Made by a program: the position numbers and the translations under genes. A DNA stretch of 64,000 nt. Source: Candidatus Latescibacterota bacterium. GTDB lineage: Bacteria > Latescibacterota > UBA2968 > UBA8231. The notes under the pieces are model-generated. The model saw only the letters and a program-made list of their open reading frames with translations, ran no database searches and was not told the DNA's origin. The number at the start of each line of letters is the position of its first letter. Position 1 is the first letter of the stretch. Positions 53,640 through 63,327 of this stretch are shown piece by piece. The stretch is from positions 96,001 through 160,000 of the forward strand of contig OZ241362.1 of the NCBI GenBank assembly GCA_965200315.1, in the 5' to 3' direction.

Positions 53640-53793
53640 GAGCTTAGCCTACCTGCATGTCCCCAGCCGCCCCAATTTGTGATAGACACCCGAACTAACA
53701 GTAACTATATTAGATTATTAACATTTATGAACCTAGTGCCCCGTTGCAGTACGGGCGGCGGTGCGTCCAAACGTCGAAACGATCTTACTTGAA

Positions 53794-55806
53794 ATGAAGT
53801 ACTTGCTTACTGGCGGCGGCACGGGTGGCCACGTATATCCGGCCTTGGCCATTGCCAACGAAATTCGACAGTCGCGAGCAGACGCCGAATTCCTCTACGT
53901 GGGCCATCGCGACAAGCTGGAGGCTTGGGTCGTGCCCGAGCAGGGATACCCCATCCGCTTTGTCCGTGCCCTTCCCTTCCCGCGTACGCGCTCCCTTGTG
54001 CTCCTGTTGCGATTCGCCATCGCGCTCGCGATCGGAGTCGTCCAAGGGGCATTTATTCTCCTGCGCTACCGACCGCAAATTATTATCAGCACGGGTGGCT
54101 TTGTCAGTGCGCCGACCCTCTTCGCGCATGGTGTGCTGGCGAAGGTCGGCCTTTCTCGCGCCCGTGTCTTTCTCTACGAGCCGAATGCTTACCCTGGGCT
54201 TCTGAACCAAATTACCGGGCGGCTGGCGCAGCGCATCGGCGTGGCGTTTGAGCAGGCGGGCCGCTGGTTCGACGCGGAGCGGGTGGCCGTGGTCGGCTAT
54301 CCGGTGCGCCGCTCTTTTTTGCAGCTCGACCGGCCGGCCGCGCGGGAAAAGTTGGGTATTGACCAAGGCCGCAAGGTCGTGCTCGCCTTTGGCGGGTCGG
54401 GAGGAGCTAAGGCCATCAACGAGGCCGTGCTCAAAGCCTTGCCCCGCTGGCATGCGGCCGGGCTGGTGGTCATCCACGTCACGGGGCGCTACAAGGGGCC
54501 GGATTACGACGCGGTGGCCGAGACCGAGGCCGCCTTAGCCGCGCTGGGAATGGAGGGCGAATGCGATTGGTATCGACGCCTCGATTACGCGGATCAGATC
54601 GCCGAACTGGTTGCAGCGGCCGATTTGGTCATTTGCCGGGCCGGTGCAGGGACCCTCACCGAGATGGCGGTTAGTGGGACGCCCACGTTGATTGTGCCAC
54701 TGCCGACAGCGGCCGAAGATCACCAGGCCCTGAATGCGCGGGAGATGGAGCGGATAGGGGCCGCGCAAGTGCTCTATCAGGAGGCGTTTTGGGACAACGC
54801 CGCTATTTATAGTGGACTAGACAGCGAGGAGTTGGCGCAGCAAGTGATCGCGTTGTGCGCCGACGAGGAGCGGTTGCAGGCCATGAGCGCGGCCGCCAAG
54901 ACCATCCCCAAGGCCAACAGCCTCGAACTGATCGCGGCAGAGCTGAACGGGCTCATCGCCGGGCAGAGGCCACCAGTGCTGCGCTTGGAGTTGCCCCCGG
55001 CCAAAAGCGGCTTGCCGACCGCCCCCAACGCCTTGCTGCGCTGGGTGCAAACGCGGGTTAAAGAGGTAGGCGGTGTGGAGGCGATGGAGTGCGGCGAACT
55101 GGCCTATCTGCGCTATCAAGCCGACCGCCTGCTCGCGTCTGAGGGTTGGTGCGAAATCCCGCTGGGGCGGCGCAATGTGGGCATCAAGCTCGTTGCGGTA
55201 TTGCGCTACCAAGAGCGGCTGCCGTTGCTGCTGGGCATCCTCACCGACCGCACCCCGACCGGATGGACGCGCCGTTTTTGCGGCGGCGACTTCCGCCACG
55301 GAGGCATTATACGCCGCAATGTGGTCGAATACGGTCTGCGCGGCTTGGGAGCGACCGACGCGCAGACCCGGGCCGCGTTGCTCAACGCGCTGGAGGAGGA
55401 TCCCTACTTTGAGGTGCGGGCGTGGTCGGCGCAGGCTTTCGGGGAGATGTTTACAGCCGATGACGAGATCGAAAATGCACTCTGCGCGGCTCTCGACGAT
55501 AGTGCGCCAGAAGTGGTCGTCCAAGCCCTGAGTGCTCTGGGGAAAATAAGCCATAATCCCGACCTGTTAGGGCGGCTGCGCCGCTTCTACCTACACCCGA
55601 ACTGGCAGTTCCGCGAGCAGGTCGTGCTGGTGCTGATCGAGTTTTTGCAGCGCGGCGTCTTGGAGCCGGCGCAATTGGAGCGCGATCTCGACCAAGTCTT
55701 AATCTCAATGCCTTATTTTGAGCCGGAGTTCACCCTCGGTGCGCACCTGCGCGAATTGGCCAAGCGCGTACACGCTAGCTTGCCACTGGCGGCTTCGCAG
55801 CGATGA
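53794..55806 (+). CDS. murG: MurG-like GT28 glycosyltransferase with a long C-terminal HEAT-repeat-like extension
   Basis: GGGTGGHVYPALA, TGGFVS.P, EPNAYPG, GYPVR, GGSGGA..IN, RAGAGT..E and DHQ..NA. About 270 extra residues include EDPYFEVR, DDSAPEVV and HPNWQFR motifs. Confidence 0.85.
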   Translation: MKYLLTGGGTGGHVYPALAIANEIRQSRADAEFLYVGHRDKLEAWVVPEQGYPIRFVRALPFPRTRSLVLLLRFAIALAIGVVQGAFILLRYRPQIIISTGGFVSAPTLFAHGVLAKVGLSRARVFLYEPNAYPGLLNQITGRLAQRIGVAFEQAGRWFDAERVAVVGYPVRRSFLQLDRPAAREKLGIDQGRKVVLAFGGSGGAKAINEAVLKALPRWHAAGLVVIHVTGRYKGPDYDAVAETEAALAALGMEGECDWYRRLDYADQIAELVAAADLVICRAGAGTLTEMAVSGTPTLIVPLPTAAEDHQALNAREMERIGAAQVLYQEAFWDNAAIYSGLDSEELAQQVIALCADEERLQAMSAAAKTIPKANSLELIAAELNGLIAGQRPPVLRLELPPAKSGLPTAPNALLRWVQTRVKEVGGVEAMECGELAYLRYQADRLLASEGWCEIPLGRRNVGIKLVAVLRYQERLPLLLGILTDRTPTGWTRRFCGGDFRHGGIIRRNVVEYGLRGLGATDAQTRAALLNALEEDPYFEVRAWSAQAFGEMFTADDEIENALCAALDDSAPEVVVQALSALGKISHNPDLLGRLRRFYLHPNWQFREQVVLVLIEFLQRGVLEPAQLERDLDQVLISMPYFEPEFTLGAHLRELAKRVHASLPLAASQR

Positions 55807-56909
55807 TCTACTACCTTGGGCTCTACCTGCAAGATGCTGTCGAGGTCCTGTCGTTTTTGCGCTTGGTCGATTCGATCAGCTTTCGCGCACTCTGCGGTGC
55901 GATCACTTCGTTGATCCTCACCATCCTCTGTGGCGGGCGGGTCATTCTCTACTTCTACAGCCGGGGGCACCGCGACATGCCCCGCGACTACCTCAACTCC
56001 GAGGCCGTCAGCAATCAAGCTAAAACCTACGGCGGCGTCCTGATAGTCTCCGCAATTTTGCTCAGCATCGGCCTGTGGTGCAAGCTGCACAGCTTCTTCG
56101 TTCTGTGCTGCGTGGGGGCGATTGGTTGGTTTGCCGCGCTCGGCTGGATTGACGACTTCCTCAAGGTGCGCTATCGCTCTAGCGATCGCGGGCTGTCTGA
56201 GAAGGCCAAGTTGACGCTGCAAGTAGCCTTTGGGCTGGCGTTTGGCACCCTGTACATCACCCAAGCCCTCCCAGCGGAATCGGCTGGCTTGGCGACCCAG
56301 CTTTATGTGCCCTTTTTCAAAAATCCGCTCCTCGACCTTTCGTGGGGCTATGTGCTTTTTATCGCTTTCACGGTGACGGCCATTTCCAACTCGGTCAATC
56401 TCGCCGACGGGATCGACGGATTGGCCATTGTGCCGACTTCTTTTGTCGTGGCGGTCTTTGGGGTGTTCGCCTATGTATCCAGCCACGCCGAGATCTCGGC
56501 GTTTCTGATCTTTCCCTTTATGCCGGGCGTGGGGGAAGTCGCCGTGATCTGCTCCATTGTCTTTGGGGCCTGTCTCGGCTTTTTGTGGTTCAATTCCTAT
56601 CCGGCCAACGTCATCATGGGCGATACCGGCTCCATGGCGCTGGGCGGCTTGTTGGGCACGGTCGCCGTTTTGGTCAAACAGGAATTCCTCTTTTTAATCG
56701 TCGGGGGGATCTTCGTCGGCGAGACGCTGTCGGTGCTAATCCAGGAAAAGATCGGCATCCGCTGGCTGGGGCGGCGCTTTTTTACCCGCTCGCCGATTCA
56801 CCACCACTATCAACAGCGCGGCTTGGCCGACACCAAGATCGTCATTCGCTTCTGGATCGTGGCCGGCATCTTGGCACTGTGCGGCTTAGCGACGCTCAAA
56901 ATCCGCTAA
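55803..56909 (+). CDS. mraY: Phospho-N-acetylmuramoyl-pentapeptide transferase MraY (divergent)
   Basis: GWIDDFLK, NSVNLADGIDGL, GFLWFN.YPA..IMGDTGSMALG, SPIHHHY and KIVIRFWI...TLKIR. Confidence 0.92.
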   Translation: MIYYLGLYLQDAVEVLSFLRLVDSISFRALCGAITSLILTILCGGRVILYFYSRGHRDMPRDYLNSEAVSNQAKTYGGVLIVSAILLSIGLWCKLHSFFVLCCVGAIGWFAALGWIDDFLKVRYRSSDRGLSEKAKLTLQVAFGLAFGTLYITQALPAESAGLATQLYVPFFKNPLLDLSWGYVLFIAFTVTAISNSVNLADGIDGLAIVPTSFVVAVFGVFAYVSSHAEISAFLIFPFMPGVGEVAVICSIVFGACLGFLWFNSYPANVIMGDTGSMALGGLLGTVAVLVKQEFLFLIVGGIFVGETLSVLIQEKIGIRWLGRRFFTRSPIHHHYQQRGLADTKIVIRFWIVAGILALCGLATLKIR

Positions 56910-56914
56910 TTTAG

Positions 56915-56974
56915 TTGGGAATTGGGAATTGGGAATTGGGAATTGGGGTGGAGTAATTCTCAATTCTCAATTCT
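56915..56974. repeat. Heptamer tandem repeats arranged as an inverted repeat between convergent genes
   Basis: (TTGGGAA)x4 followed by about three AATTCTC units, which can pair with each other. Confidence 0.8.
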
Positions 56975-57443
56975 ATAGATAGAGGCCATAGGCGCAGAGA
57001 AGGACGATGGCTGCGCCTAGCAGGAGGGCCGCGGACGTGGGAAGCGGCACAGGCTGGCGCTGGCTCTCGTGCTGATAGCGGCGGTACTCGGCTGCCAAGA
57101 TGCGGTAGCCGGAAACGAGCGCGGCGATGAGGCCGGCGATGAAGCAGGTAATGACTACCGTATCGGTCGAGAATGCGCGGGCGATGCTAGCGGCATAGGA
57201 ACCAACGTTGAGCAGCAGGCCGTACCGCTTCGTCAGCAGGCCGTAGAGTACGAGCCCCACGCAAAACGAGCCGACGACCAGCGCCGCGAAGATCGCCAGC
57301 CAGTCGCGCGCCTCAGAGAGCGCTAAGAGGCCCGTGCCAATGAGCAGGTGGAGCCACATCCCGACATAGGCGTAGAAGAAGGACGTGCGTTTAAACGGCG
57401 TGTGCCCCATTAGATAGTGGGCAAAAGCAGTGAACTTAGGCAT
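56973..57443 (-). CDS. Hypothetical membrane protein (about 5 TM segments)
   Basis: 156 aa with multiple hydrophobic segments. Fills the gap between mraY and recG. Confidence 0.65.
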   Translation of the reverse strand: MPKFTAFAHYLMGHTPFKRTSFFYAYVGMWLHLLIGTGLLALSEARDWLAIFAALVVGSFCVGLVLYGLLTKRYGLLLNVGSYAASIARAFSTDTVVITCFIAGLIAALVSGYRILAAEYRRYQHESQRQPVPLPTSAALLLGAAIVLLCAYGLYL

Positions 57444-57499
57444 GGCAATATGCGGCCAAAGATAGGCCGCCGCCCGGTCGCGTCAACGCATGGCCAACC

Positions 57500-59503
57500 A
57501 TGGAAATTCTGTCCATCCCCATTGAAAAAGTCAAAGGCGTAGGGGCCAAACGTGCGTCCGTGCTCAGAGAGGTAGAGATTTTGACGCTGGGCGATTTGTT
57601 GTACTACCTGCCGCGCCGCTATCTCGACCGTACGCAGATTTTGCCCATGGCCCGCACGCCAATCGGCCAAGAGGTGACCCTCATCGGCCAAGTGCGCCAG
57701 ACGCGCTTCATCCCCGGGCCGCGGCCTCGCTTCGTGATGGTGGTTGCCGACGAGACCGACGATATCACCTGCACCTTTTTTCAAGGGGGGCGCTACTTGC
57801 AGCGCCACTTTGCCGTCGGCGACGAGCTAGCTATAAGCGGCAAGGTCGATCTGTTCCAAGGGCGGCGGCAGATGGTCCATCCCGAATACGAATTCCTACT
57901 CGGAGCGGAGCGGCTCCACACGGGCGTAGTTGTCCCGCTCTATACGACTAGTGCCGATATGAAGGAGCGCGGCCTGCGCAGTCGGGGGTTCCGCCGCTTG
58001 ATAAGCGAGGCTCTAGACGCCTTTGCCGAGCGGATCGAAGACGATTTGCCCGCAGCCTTGCGGCAGCGCTTGGGCCTTGCAGAGTTGGGCACTAGTCTGC
58101 GCCAAGTGCATTTTCCCGCCAGCCTTGCCGAAGCGGAGCGCGCACGGCAGCGCTTGGCTTTTGGCGAGCTTTTTGCCTTCCAACTGCGCTTGGCGCGGCG
58201 GCGCAAAAAAAACCGCGCGCAGGCCGACGGCATTGCCTTTGCGCCCAGCGCGAAACTGGTGCCGGCTCTGTGGGATTCGCTGTCGTTTGCCCCCACGCGC
58301 GCCCAACGCCGGGTCGTCGCCGAGATCGCCGCGCAGATGCAGCGCCCCCAAGGTATGAATCGCCTCGTCCAAGGCGACGTTGGCTCGGGCAAGACCTTGG
58401 TGGGTTTGTGCGCGATGCTGACGGCTGTGGAGAACGGCTACCAGTCAGCAATGATGGCCCCGACCGAGATCCTCGCCGAGCAGCACTTTTTTACCATCCA
58501 AGCACTCGTCGCGCCGCTCGGCCTGACAGTAGTTTTCCTCAAGGGCGGCCAGCGCAAGGCGCTCCGGCAGGAGCTGTTGACGGCCATTGAAAGCGGCGCG
58601 GCCCACATTGTGGTGGGCACCCACGCGCTGATTCAGGAGCAGGTGCAGTTTGCCCGCTTGGGGCTGGCGGTCATCGACGAGCAGCATCGCTTTGGGGTCG
58701 TGCAGCGCGGCGCGCTCTACAAGAAGGGTGCCAAGCCCGATTTGCTCGTGATGACGGCCACGCCCATCCCGCGGACCTTGGCCCTGACTCTGTACGGCGA
58801 GCTAGACGTGTCGGTCATCGACGAGCTGCCTCCTGGGCGCAAGCCGATCCGCACGGCCCTGCGCGGCAACGAGCGCCGCGAGGCGATCTTTGAGTTTGCC
58901 GGCGATCAGGTGCGCCAAGGGCGGCAAGTGTACGTGGTGTACCCGCTGATCGAAGAGTCGGAAAAGGCCGATTACAAATCCGCGGTCGAAGCCTACGACG
59001 AACTGCGCCACGGCCCGTTGGCCGACTTTGCCGTGGCCTTGCTGCACGGGCGCATGGCAGCCGAAGAAAAAGCCGCGGTCATGGAGGATTTTAAGCAAAA
59101 CCGGGTCCAAGTCTTGGTCTGCACCACCGTCGTCGAGGTCGGGGTGGATGTGCCCAATGCCACGGTTATGATCATCGAACACGCCGAGCGCTTTGGCTTG
59201 GCGCAGTTGCACCAGTTGCGCGGCCGCGTGGGGCGCGGTGGCGAGCAGTCGTTTTGCATCCTCATCAGCTATGCCCACGCCGGGGCCGAGCTGGCGGATT
59301 CGCGCGAGCGGCTCCAGACCATGGCGCGCACCCAAGACGGCTTTGAGATCGCGGAAAAGGATTTGCAACTGCGCGGCCCGGGCGAGTTCTTCGGTGTGCG
59401 CCAGGCCGGGATGCCCACATTTAAGGCGGCGGACTTGGTCGCCGACGGGGACTTGCTGCAAAGCGCACGCCAAGAAGCCATGCGGATTGTAGATAGCGAA
59501 TAG
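57500..59503 (+). CDS. recG: ATP-dependent DNA helicase RecG
   Basis: QGDVGSGKT, MAPTEILAEQH, DEQHRFGV.QR, MTATPIPRTL, ERFGLAQLHQLRGRVGRG and DLQLRGPGE. Confidence 0.98.
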   Translation: MEILSIPIEKVKGVGAKRASVLREVEILTLGDLLYYLPRRYLDRTQILPMARTPIGQEVTLIGQVRQTRFIPGPRPRFVMVVADETDDITCTFFQGGRYLQRHFAVGDELAISGKVDLFQGRRQMVHPEYEFLLGAERLHTGVVVPLYTTSADMKERGLRSRGFRRLISEALDAFAERIEDDLPAALRQRLGLAELGTSLRQVHFPASLAEAERARQRLAFGELFAFQLRLARRRKKNRAQADGIAFAPSAKLVPALWDSLSFAPTRAQRRVVAEIAAQMQRPQGMNRLVQGDVGSGKTLVGLCAMLTAVENGYQSAMMAPTEILAEQHFFTIQALVAPLGLTVVFLKGGQRKALRQELLTAIESGAAHIVVGTHALIQEQVQFARLGLAVIDEQHRFGVVQRGALYKKGAKPDLLVMTATPIPRTLALTLYGELDVSVIDELPPGRKPIRTALRGNERREAIFEFAGDQVRQGRQVYVVYPLIEESEKADYKSAVEAYDELRHGPLADFAVALLHGRMAAEEKAAVMEDFKQNRVQVLVCTTVVEVGVDVPNATVMIIEHAERFGLAQLHQLRGRVGRGGEQSFCILISYAHAGAELADSRERLQTMARTQDGFEIAEKDLQLRGPGEFFGVRQAGMPTFKAADLVADGDLLQSARQEAMRIVDSE

Positions 59504-59511
59504 GAAGTGCC

Positions 59512-60642
59512 ATGAAAAATGAAAGCCTCATTCCGCCCGCGGATTTTGTCGGGATCGACGCGGTAACCCATCTCTGCACCGGGGGCGAAGCTCCTTGGCT
59601 AAAAGGGCAGAGCGCGGTGTACTCGGAATTTGCCCAGTGCAAAAGCGGCGGCGACCGCGGGCGCAGCGCCATCTACGCCCGTGGTGCCCGCTGCCGCCAG
59701 CGCATGGGGCAATTGTGGGAGGTTGCGGCCGAGCGGATCGCCTTTATGCCTTCGGCCGCTGAGGGCATGGCTTGGTTGGCGCGGGGCTTGGACTGGCGGC
59801 CGGGCGACAACGTGGTCACCACCAACTTGGAGTTCCCCTCGGTGGCGTACAATTGGCGCAACGTGCGCGAGCAAGGGGTTGAGCTGCGGCTGGTGTCGCA
59901 CTGCGACTGGTTGGTGCGGGAGGAAGATCTGTTGGCGGCAGTTGATGAGCGCACTCGGGTCTTGGCCGTGAGTCAAGTCAGCTTCTACACGGGACAAAAC
60001 CTCGACATAGAGCAGCTTGCAGCCGGGCTTGCTGGGCGCGACGTGCTCTTGGCGGTCGATGCGACGCACGCCGCAGGTGCAGTCGCCGTACCGGCGGCGT
60101 GTACCGACTTGTGCGTCAGTTCGTGCTACAAGTGGCTTCTGGCGACCCACGGGGTTGCGCCGTGTTATCTGAGCCAACGGGCCGAGGCGCAAGTGCGCTC
60201 TACGGCTTTTGGCTGGCGCAACTTGGCGGTGTGGCCGGCGCAAGGGGCTGAGCGCGCTCCAGATGCCGACGAAAAGCCGATGCCCGACAAAATGGAGCCG
60301 GGCAATCCGGCTATGGTAGCGGTGCTCTATCTCGACTACGCTTTGGGGCGGCTGTTGGACGTGGGGATTGAGCGGATAGAGGATCACAACCGCGACTTGT
60401 CCGAACAAATCAGCGCCGGACTGGAGCGTCTCGGGCGGCAGGTCATTTCGCCTAGTGTACGGTCGCAACGCTCGGGCAATACCTGTTTTGCGGACGACGA
60501 CGCGCACGGGCTGTGTGAGGCTCTCGCCGATCGGGGGGTGCTGGTGTGGGGGGAATACGGCCGGATGCGGGTCTCCGGGCATTTGTACAACAATAGCGAC
60601 GATGTGGAGCGTTTTTTGGCGGTCTTGGGCGAGTTGGTGTAG
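59512..60642 (+). CDS. Class V PLP-dependent aminotransferase / cysteine-desulfurase-like protein
   Basis: NLEFPSV, VSQVSFYTG, VDATHAAG, SSCYKWL and RVSGHLYN..DDV. Confidence 0.9.
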   Translation: MKNESLIPPADFVGIDAVTHLCTGGEAPWLKGQSAVYSEFAQCKSGGDRGRSAIYARGARCRQRMGQLWEVAAERIAFMPSAAEGMAWLARGLDWRPGDNVVTTNLEFPSVAYNWRNVREQGVELRLVSHCDWLVREEDLLAAVDERTRVLAVSQVSFYTGQNLDIEQLAAGLAGRDVLLAVDATHAAGAVAVPAACTDLCVSSCYKWLLATHGVAPCYLSQRAEAQVRSTAFGWRNLAVWPAQGAERAPDADEKPMPDKMEPGNPAMVAVLYLDYALGRLLDVGIERIEDHNRDLSEQISAGLERLGRQVISPSVRSQRSGNTCFADDDAHGLCEALADRGVLVWGEYGRMRVSGHLYNNSDDVERFLAVLGELV

Positions 60643-60820
60643 GGAGACGAGGCATAGTATAGCAGCCCTGAATGACTTGAACGACTCGAGATATGGACCG
60701 CAGAGGGGACTGAGTACCAATCATTCTAAACCAGAGCCGCGAATTTTCGGAGCGTCTCCCCGAGTACGGCCTAATTGACGACAGCGAGTTGCGGTTGGTG
60801 ATTTGGGCGGCCTAGCCCCA

Positions 60821-62173
60821 TCAATTGCCAAAAAACTCTTCGTAGAGCGAGCGCACGGCTGCGGGAATATCTGCGGCCGCAATCCCGAACATCATGCTGA
60901 CCTCGCTCGACCCCTGATTGATCATCTCTATGTTGACGCTGGCGCGAGCAAAGGCACGGCAGGCACGGGAGGCCAAGCCAATGGTGTGGTGCATGCCCTC
61001 GCCGACGACCATCGCCAAGGCGAGACCGCGGGCGACCGACAGCTCATCTACTGCTAGCTCGGTGCGAATGCGGCGCAGAACCCGCTCTTCGGCCGCGTGG
61101 TTGAAATACGACTCGCGCACGATCACTGACATGTTGTCAATGCCCGAAGGGGTGTGCTCAAAGGAGATCCCCTCGTCCTCAAAAATGGTCAGCAAGCGGC
61201 GGCCAAAGCCCACTTCGCGGTTCATCAGGTACTTGCTGATGTATATGCTGCAAAACCCGTCGGTGGCGGCGATGCCGACGACCGGGCGGTCGCCGATCGC
61301 GCGCTCAGGGACGATGCGGGTGCCGGGTGCCTGCGGATTGTTGGTGTTTTTGACGACGACCGGGATGCCAGCGTGAAACACGGGTTCGAGGGCCTCGTCG
61401 TGAAACACGGAAAACCCCGCGTAGGACAGCTCGCGCATCTCGCGGTAGGTAATCTCGCCGACGGCGACCGGGTCGGCCACGAGCTCGGGATTGGCCGCAA
61501 AGACCGAATCGACGTCCGTGAAGTTTTCGTACACGGTCGCATCGACCGCCGCGGCGAGGATCGCGCCGGTTATATCCGAGCCGCCGCGCGAGAAAGTGAC
61601 GACGCGGCCGCTGGACGAATAGCCGAAAAAACCGGGGAAAATGGTGATGCCCGGGCGGTCTTTGAGCTGGCGCAGCTTGCCGTAGGACGCCTGCAAGACG
61701 CGGGCGTTGCCCGGCTCTTCCGAGAGGATTAGGCCGCCCTCGCCTGGGTCGAGATAGTGGGCTTCGGCCCCGCTGTGGCGCAGGTATTCGGCGACGAGGC
61801 GGGCGCAGTTGTCCTCGCCGCCGGCCTTCATGGCGTCCGCATAGAGTGCTTCGTCGCTCGGGCTCATAGCCAGCCGCCGCTCAAAGTCGGCGACAATGGG
61901 CGCGAGCGCAGTGTCTGGCAAGCCGAGGTCGCCGATGATGGCGGCATAGCGGTCGATGACGTGCGCGAGTGCAGTGCGGCCTTCTTGGTTGGTTAGCTGG
62001 GTGCGGACTACCTCGATGAGGAGGTCGGTTACTTTGGTGCCTTCCCGGTTGCGCTTGCCCGGAGCCGAAACCACCACGAGCCGCCGTGCTGGATCGGCGG
62101 TGACAATGGCGCAGATTTTCTTTATTTGCTCGGCTGACGCGAGAGACGAGCCGCCGAATTTAGCTACTTTCAT
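60821..62173 (-). CDS. lysC: Aspartate kinase (AK III-like, two ACT domains)
   Basis: KVAKFGGSS, VVSAPGK, TFSRGGSDITG, YENFTDVD, TYREMRELSYAGF and INQGSSE. Confidence 0.96.
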   Translation of the reverse strand: MKVAKFGGSSLASAEQIKKICAIVTADPARRLVVVSAPGKRNREGTKVTDLLIEVVRTQLTNQEGRTALAHVIDRYAAIIGDLGLPDTALAPIVADFERRLAMSPSDEALYADAMKAGGEDNCARLVAEYLRHSGAEAHYLDPGEGGLILSEEPGNARVLQASYGKLRQLKDRPGITIFPGFFGYSSSGRVVTFSRGGSDITGAILAAAVDATVYENFTDVDSVFAANPELVADPVAVGEITYREMRELSYAGFSVFHDEALEPVFHAGIPVVVKNTNNPQAPGTRIVPERAIGDRPVVGIAATDGFCSIYISKYLMNREVGFGRRLLTIFEDEGISFEHTPSGIDNMSVIVRESYFNHAAEERVLRRIRTELAVDELSVARGLALAMVVGEGMHHTIGLASRACRAFARASVNIEMINQGSSEVSMMFGIAAADIPAAVRSLYEEFFGN

Positions 62174-62335
62174 TGGATTCCTTTGCTAATACAGGTTTAC
62201 ATCATTAAAAAATGCACGGATCGCCGTTTTTTCAAATTTGTCTTGCAGGTGCGTTGTAGTTAGTTTATAAGGCTTATCAATTATTACTAAACGATAACAT
62301 TCATTCTGCCAAAATATCCCACGCGAAGGCCCACT

Positions 62336-63307
62336 ATGAAAGCAGTGTGTTTCCACCAGTGCGGCGGCCCTGAGGTCCTCACCTATGAGGAGGTGCCCAC
62401 GCCCACGCCCGAGCCGGGCGAAGTCGTCGTCGAGATCAAGGCCATCGGTCTAAATTACATAGACACCTATCACCGCGAAGGGCTGTACCCAGTCGATTTG
62501 CCCTGCATTCCCGGCATGGAAGCCGCCGGAGTAGTAGCGCGCGTCGGCGAGGGCGTGGAAGGCGTGCAAGTGGGCGACCGCGTGGCCTATGCTGGGGTGA
62601 TGGGGTCGTATGCCGCAGAAGCGGCTGTGCCCGCCGACCGCTTGGTCCCTCTGCCTGATTCCGCTTCCTTTCAGGAGGGAGCCGCCGCTTTGCTCCAAGG
62701 CATGACGGCGCATTACCTCGCACATGGGTCCTATCGGCTGGGCCGCGAAGACGCGGCTCTGATCCACGCCGGGGCTGGCGGCGTGGGGCTGCTCTTGATT
62801 CAGATGGCCAAGCGGTGTGGGGCGCGGGTGTTGACCACGGTCTCCACCCAAGAAAAGGAGCAACTTGTGAGGGGTGCCGGAGCCGATGAGGTCATTCGCT
62901 ATACCGAGCGCGACTTTGAGCAGGCCGTCATGGCACTCACCGACGGGCGCGGAGTCGATGTGGTGTACGATTCGGTCGGTCAGGCGACCTTTGACAAGAG
63001 CTTAAACGTGCTCAGGCCCTTGGGCTACTTGGTGTTGTTCGGGCAGTCGAGCGGCCCGGTCCCGCCCTTTGATCCCGGTATCCTCAGCGCCAAGGGGTCG
63101 CTTTTTTTGACGCGGCCAACTATGCTGCACTACATCCAGACCCGCGAGGCACTATTGGAACGCGCTGGCGCAGTGTTGGAATGGATCGCCAGCGGCGAAT
63201 TGGCGCTGCACATCAGCGAGCAGTTTGCCCTGTCGGACGCGGCGGCAGCGCACCGCGCCTTACAGGGGCGCAAGACGACCGGCAAGGTCGTCCTAATACC
63301 AGAGTGA
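62336..63307 (+). CDS. qor: NADPH:quinone oxidoreductase (zeta-crystallin/MDR family)
   Basis: GLNYID...G.YP, LQGMTAHYL, HAGAGGVG, VYDSVG, KGSLFLTRP and RKTTGK. Confidence 0.95.
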   Translation: MKAVCFHQCGGPEVLTYEEVPTPTPEPGEVVVEIKAIGLNYIDTYHREGLYPVDLPCIPGMEAAGVVARVGEGVEGVQVGDRVAYAGVMGSYAAEAAVPADRLVPLPDSASFQEGAAALLQGMTAHYLAHGSYRLGREDAALIHAGAGGVGLLLIQMAKRCGARVLTTVSTQEKEQLVRGAGADEVIRYTERDFEQAVMALTDGRGVDVVYDSVGQATFDKSLNVLRPLGYLVLFGQSSGPVPPFDPGILSAKGSLFLTRPTMLHYIQTREALLERAGAVLEWIASGELALHISEQFALSDAAAAHRALQGRKTTGKVVLIPE

Positions 63308-63327
63308 AGTAGCCAAGGAGACAGGCG

